Assembly (NCBI GenBank): GCA_010909165.1 | Contig: MU008154.1 | Location: forward strand, 124,001-188,000 | Reading direction: 5' to 3' | Source of the DNA: Anthoceros angustus | Lineage: Eukaryota > Plantae > Anthocerotophyta | DNA length: 64,000 bases | In this document: positions 62,548-64,000 of the stretch, piece after piece | Numbering within the stretch: the first letter of the stretch is position 1 | How the letters are laid out: every line of letters begins with the position of its first letter | Program-made: the position numbers and the translations under genes | Notes under the pieces: generated by a model | Seen by the model: only the letters and a program-made list of their open reading frames with translations | Databases searched by the model: none | Told to the model about the DNA's origin: nothing

Positions 62548-64000
62548 TTCAACTGGCTTCCTTCCTCCTGCAACGGGCAGCTTGCAATCCTTGCTGAACA
62601 ATGCCGTCTCACATAGCAATGGCGTCAGACGCTGCCAACCTGCATCCAGGTTCCAGCCGAACACAATTCAGGTCGCCCGCTTGCAAACAAGCTCGGTCCG
62701 CTCACCTGCCGGCTATCAGAGAATGCCAAATTTCATCACACAAGTTTAGAAACTTACCATCCCGGCACCGTGCCGAAATTCAGAGCAGCACGCTCCAATA
62801 CACAAATCCAGCATTCACATGCTATGTGCCAATCTCTCGCAACCGCAGGCGCGTGCCACCAGCCAATTCGCGTGCTCACGATCTGGCCGGCCCGGTGCAG
62901 GGTTTGTCAGAACGATGCGACGGGAAAGAGACTCCGTAGACCAGGACGCCCTAAATCATCCACAGACAAACACCGGGAAAAAACAGCGTCACGAGACCGT
63001 GCTACTTGGAGGAGCTCGGCAACGGAATGTGATTGAAGGCGGCAAGATGGCCGGCTCCAAGGACCTTCTGCATCTGGAGCAACCAGCTACTGCTCTAGGT
63101 CTGTCCCTGTTTCCTTGCCTTGCTGATATGCTCTTATTGCTGCCTGGGCTATGCTGGAGTGCTGGCTTACTTGTGGTCTGTGACGTCCCTGGCAGAGTCT
63201 CGGTTGCGGGTGTGCAGCCCCAAGAACCGTTCCAGTTCTGTGGCCGTGGGTCCCTCTTCAGTTTTGAGTAGGGTGAGGGAATTTCTTCCCGTGCTGGCAG
63301 CAGCAAACACGAAGCTAGAATCGGACATTAGGGTGAGCGAGGTGGCTTTTGCTTGCTTTTCGGGTCCCTCTGTTTGTTATATTACTCCATGGGCTCGTGT
63401 GTTGAAGCCCTTGTGCAGGAGAGTGGTGCAGATAAGTTTGATATAGAGGTGCTGACTCAAGGAGAAAGTATGCCGCATGTGGAGATGGTGAGTTCGGTAT
63501 TTCTCGGCTTTGCAGTTGTTGGGTAGGAGTGGATAATAGGAGATGTCGTTTCTCTCGGGGTATGCCATTGGGTACCAAGCTGATGATTCTTCTTTTGGTG
63601 TGGCAGGACTTGGCATTGGGAGTAGCTGATCTTCAGACTCCTGAGGCAGTTGCTGCAGCTGAACTTGCTGTGAATGGTTGCGGGTCTGCAAGTTTATCCG
63701 CAGCTGTGGCAAGCTGCGGTGGCTTTGAAGAGGAAGACCTCGATTGCGGTGGGTCTGAAGAGGAAGATAGTAGCAGCGACGACGAGGATGACGACGAGAA
63801 TGTCGAAGAATCTGTTTCTAAACGCAAATCAAGTTTAATACGCGAGCTTTGAAGTCCTCCTAGTTGGTTTAGGACGCTCAATATTAGTTGGCTATCTGTA
63901 TACATAGGTGTTTTAGGACTCTCAATTTTGAATAGGTGGTTTAGGACGTATGAATTGAGCAATGCCCTCTCGTACGACTGAAGGCATTCTGTACACGGAC

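Overview
Eukaryotic land-plant nuclear DNA. Compact genes, ~60-150 nt introns and GC-rich coding regions suggest a bryophyte such as a hornwort; this is an inference, not proven. Left to right: (1) ~8.8 kb of degenerate, frameshifted transposon-like DNA; (2) an AT-rich repeat-bearing, possibly Helitron-like insert at 9.6-10.5 kb; (3) a tandem array of intronless PRISE/VEP1 (progesterone 5-beta-reductase/iridoid synthase-like) genes, two intact and one pseudogene, with a PPR relic between them; (4) a ~16 kb, microsatellite-rich region without recognisable genes, interrupted by an AT-rich island carrying a spliced orphan ORF and a dead tRNA-Ser; (5) a class VIII AP2/ERF EAR-repressor; (6) a dense gene block: REXO4-type exonuclease, an intronless bacterial-looking FAD oxidoreductase, two ceQORH-like quinone/enone reductases separated by tRNA-Leu(CAG) and repeats, an F-box gene, cyclin C, an HPAT with an intronless CDS, and MINDY-3 with a tandemly duplicated last exon. 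The best leads are the co-location of two unrelated enone-reductase families with an HGT-candidate flavoenzyme, the orphan spliced gene, and the frame-preserving duplicated MINDY-3 exon. No CRISPR array or rRNA was seen. Exon coordinates were read by eye.
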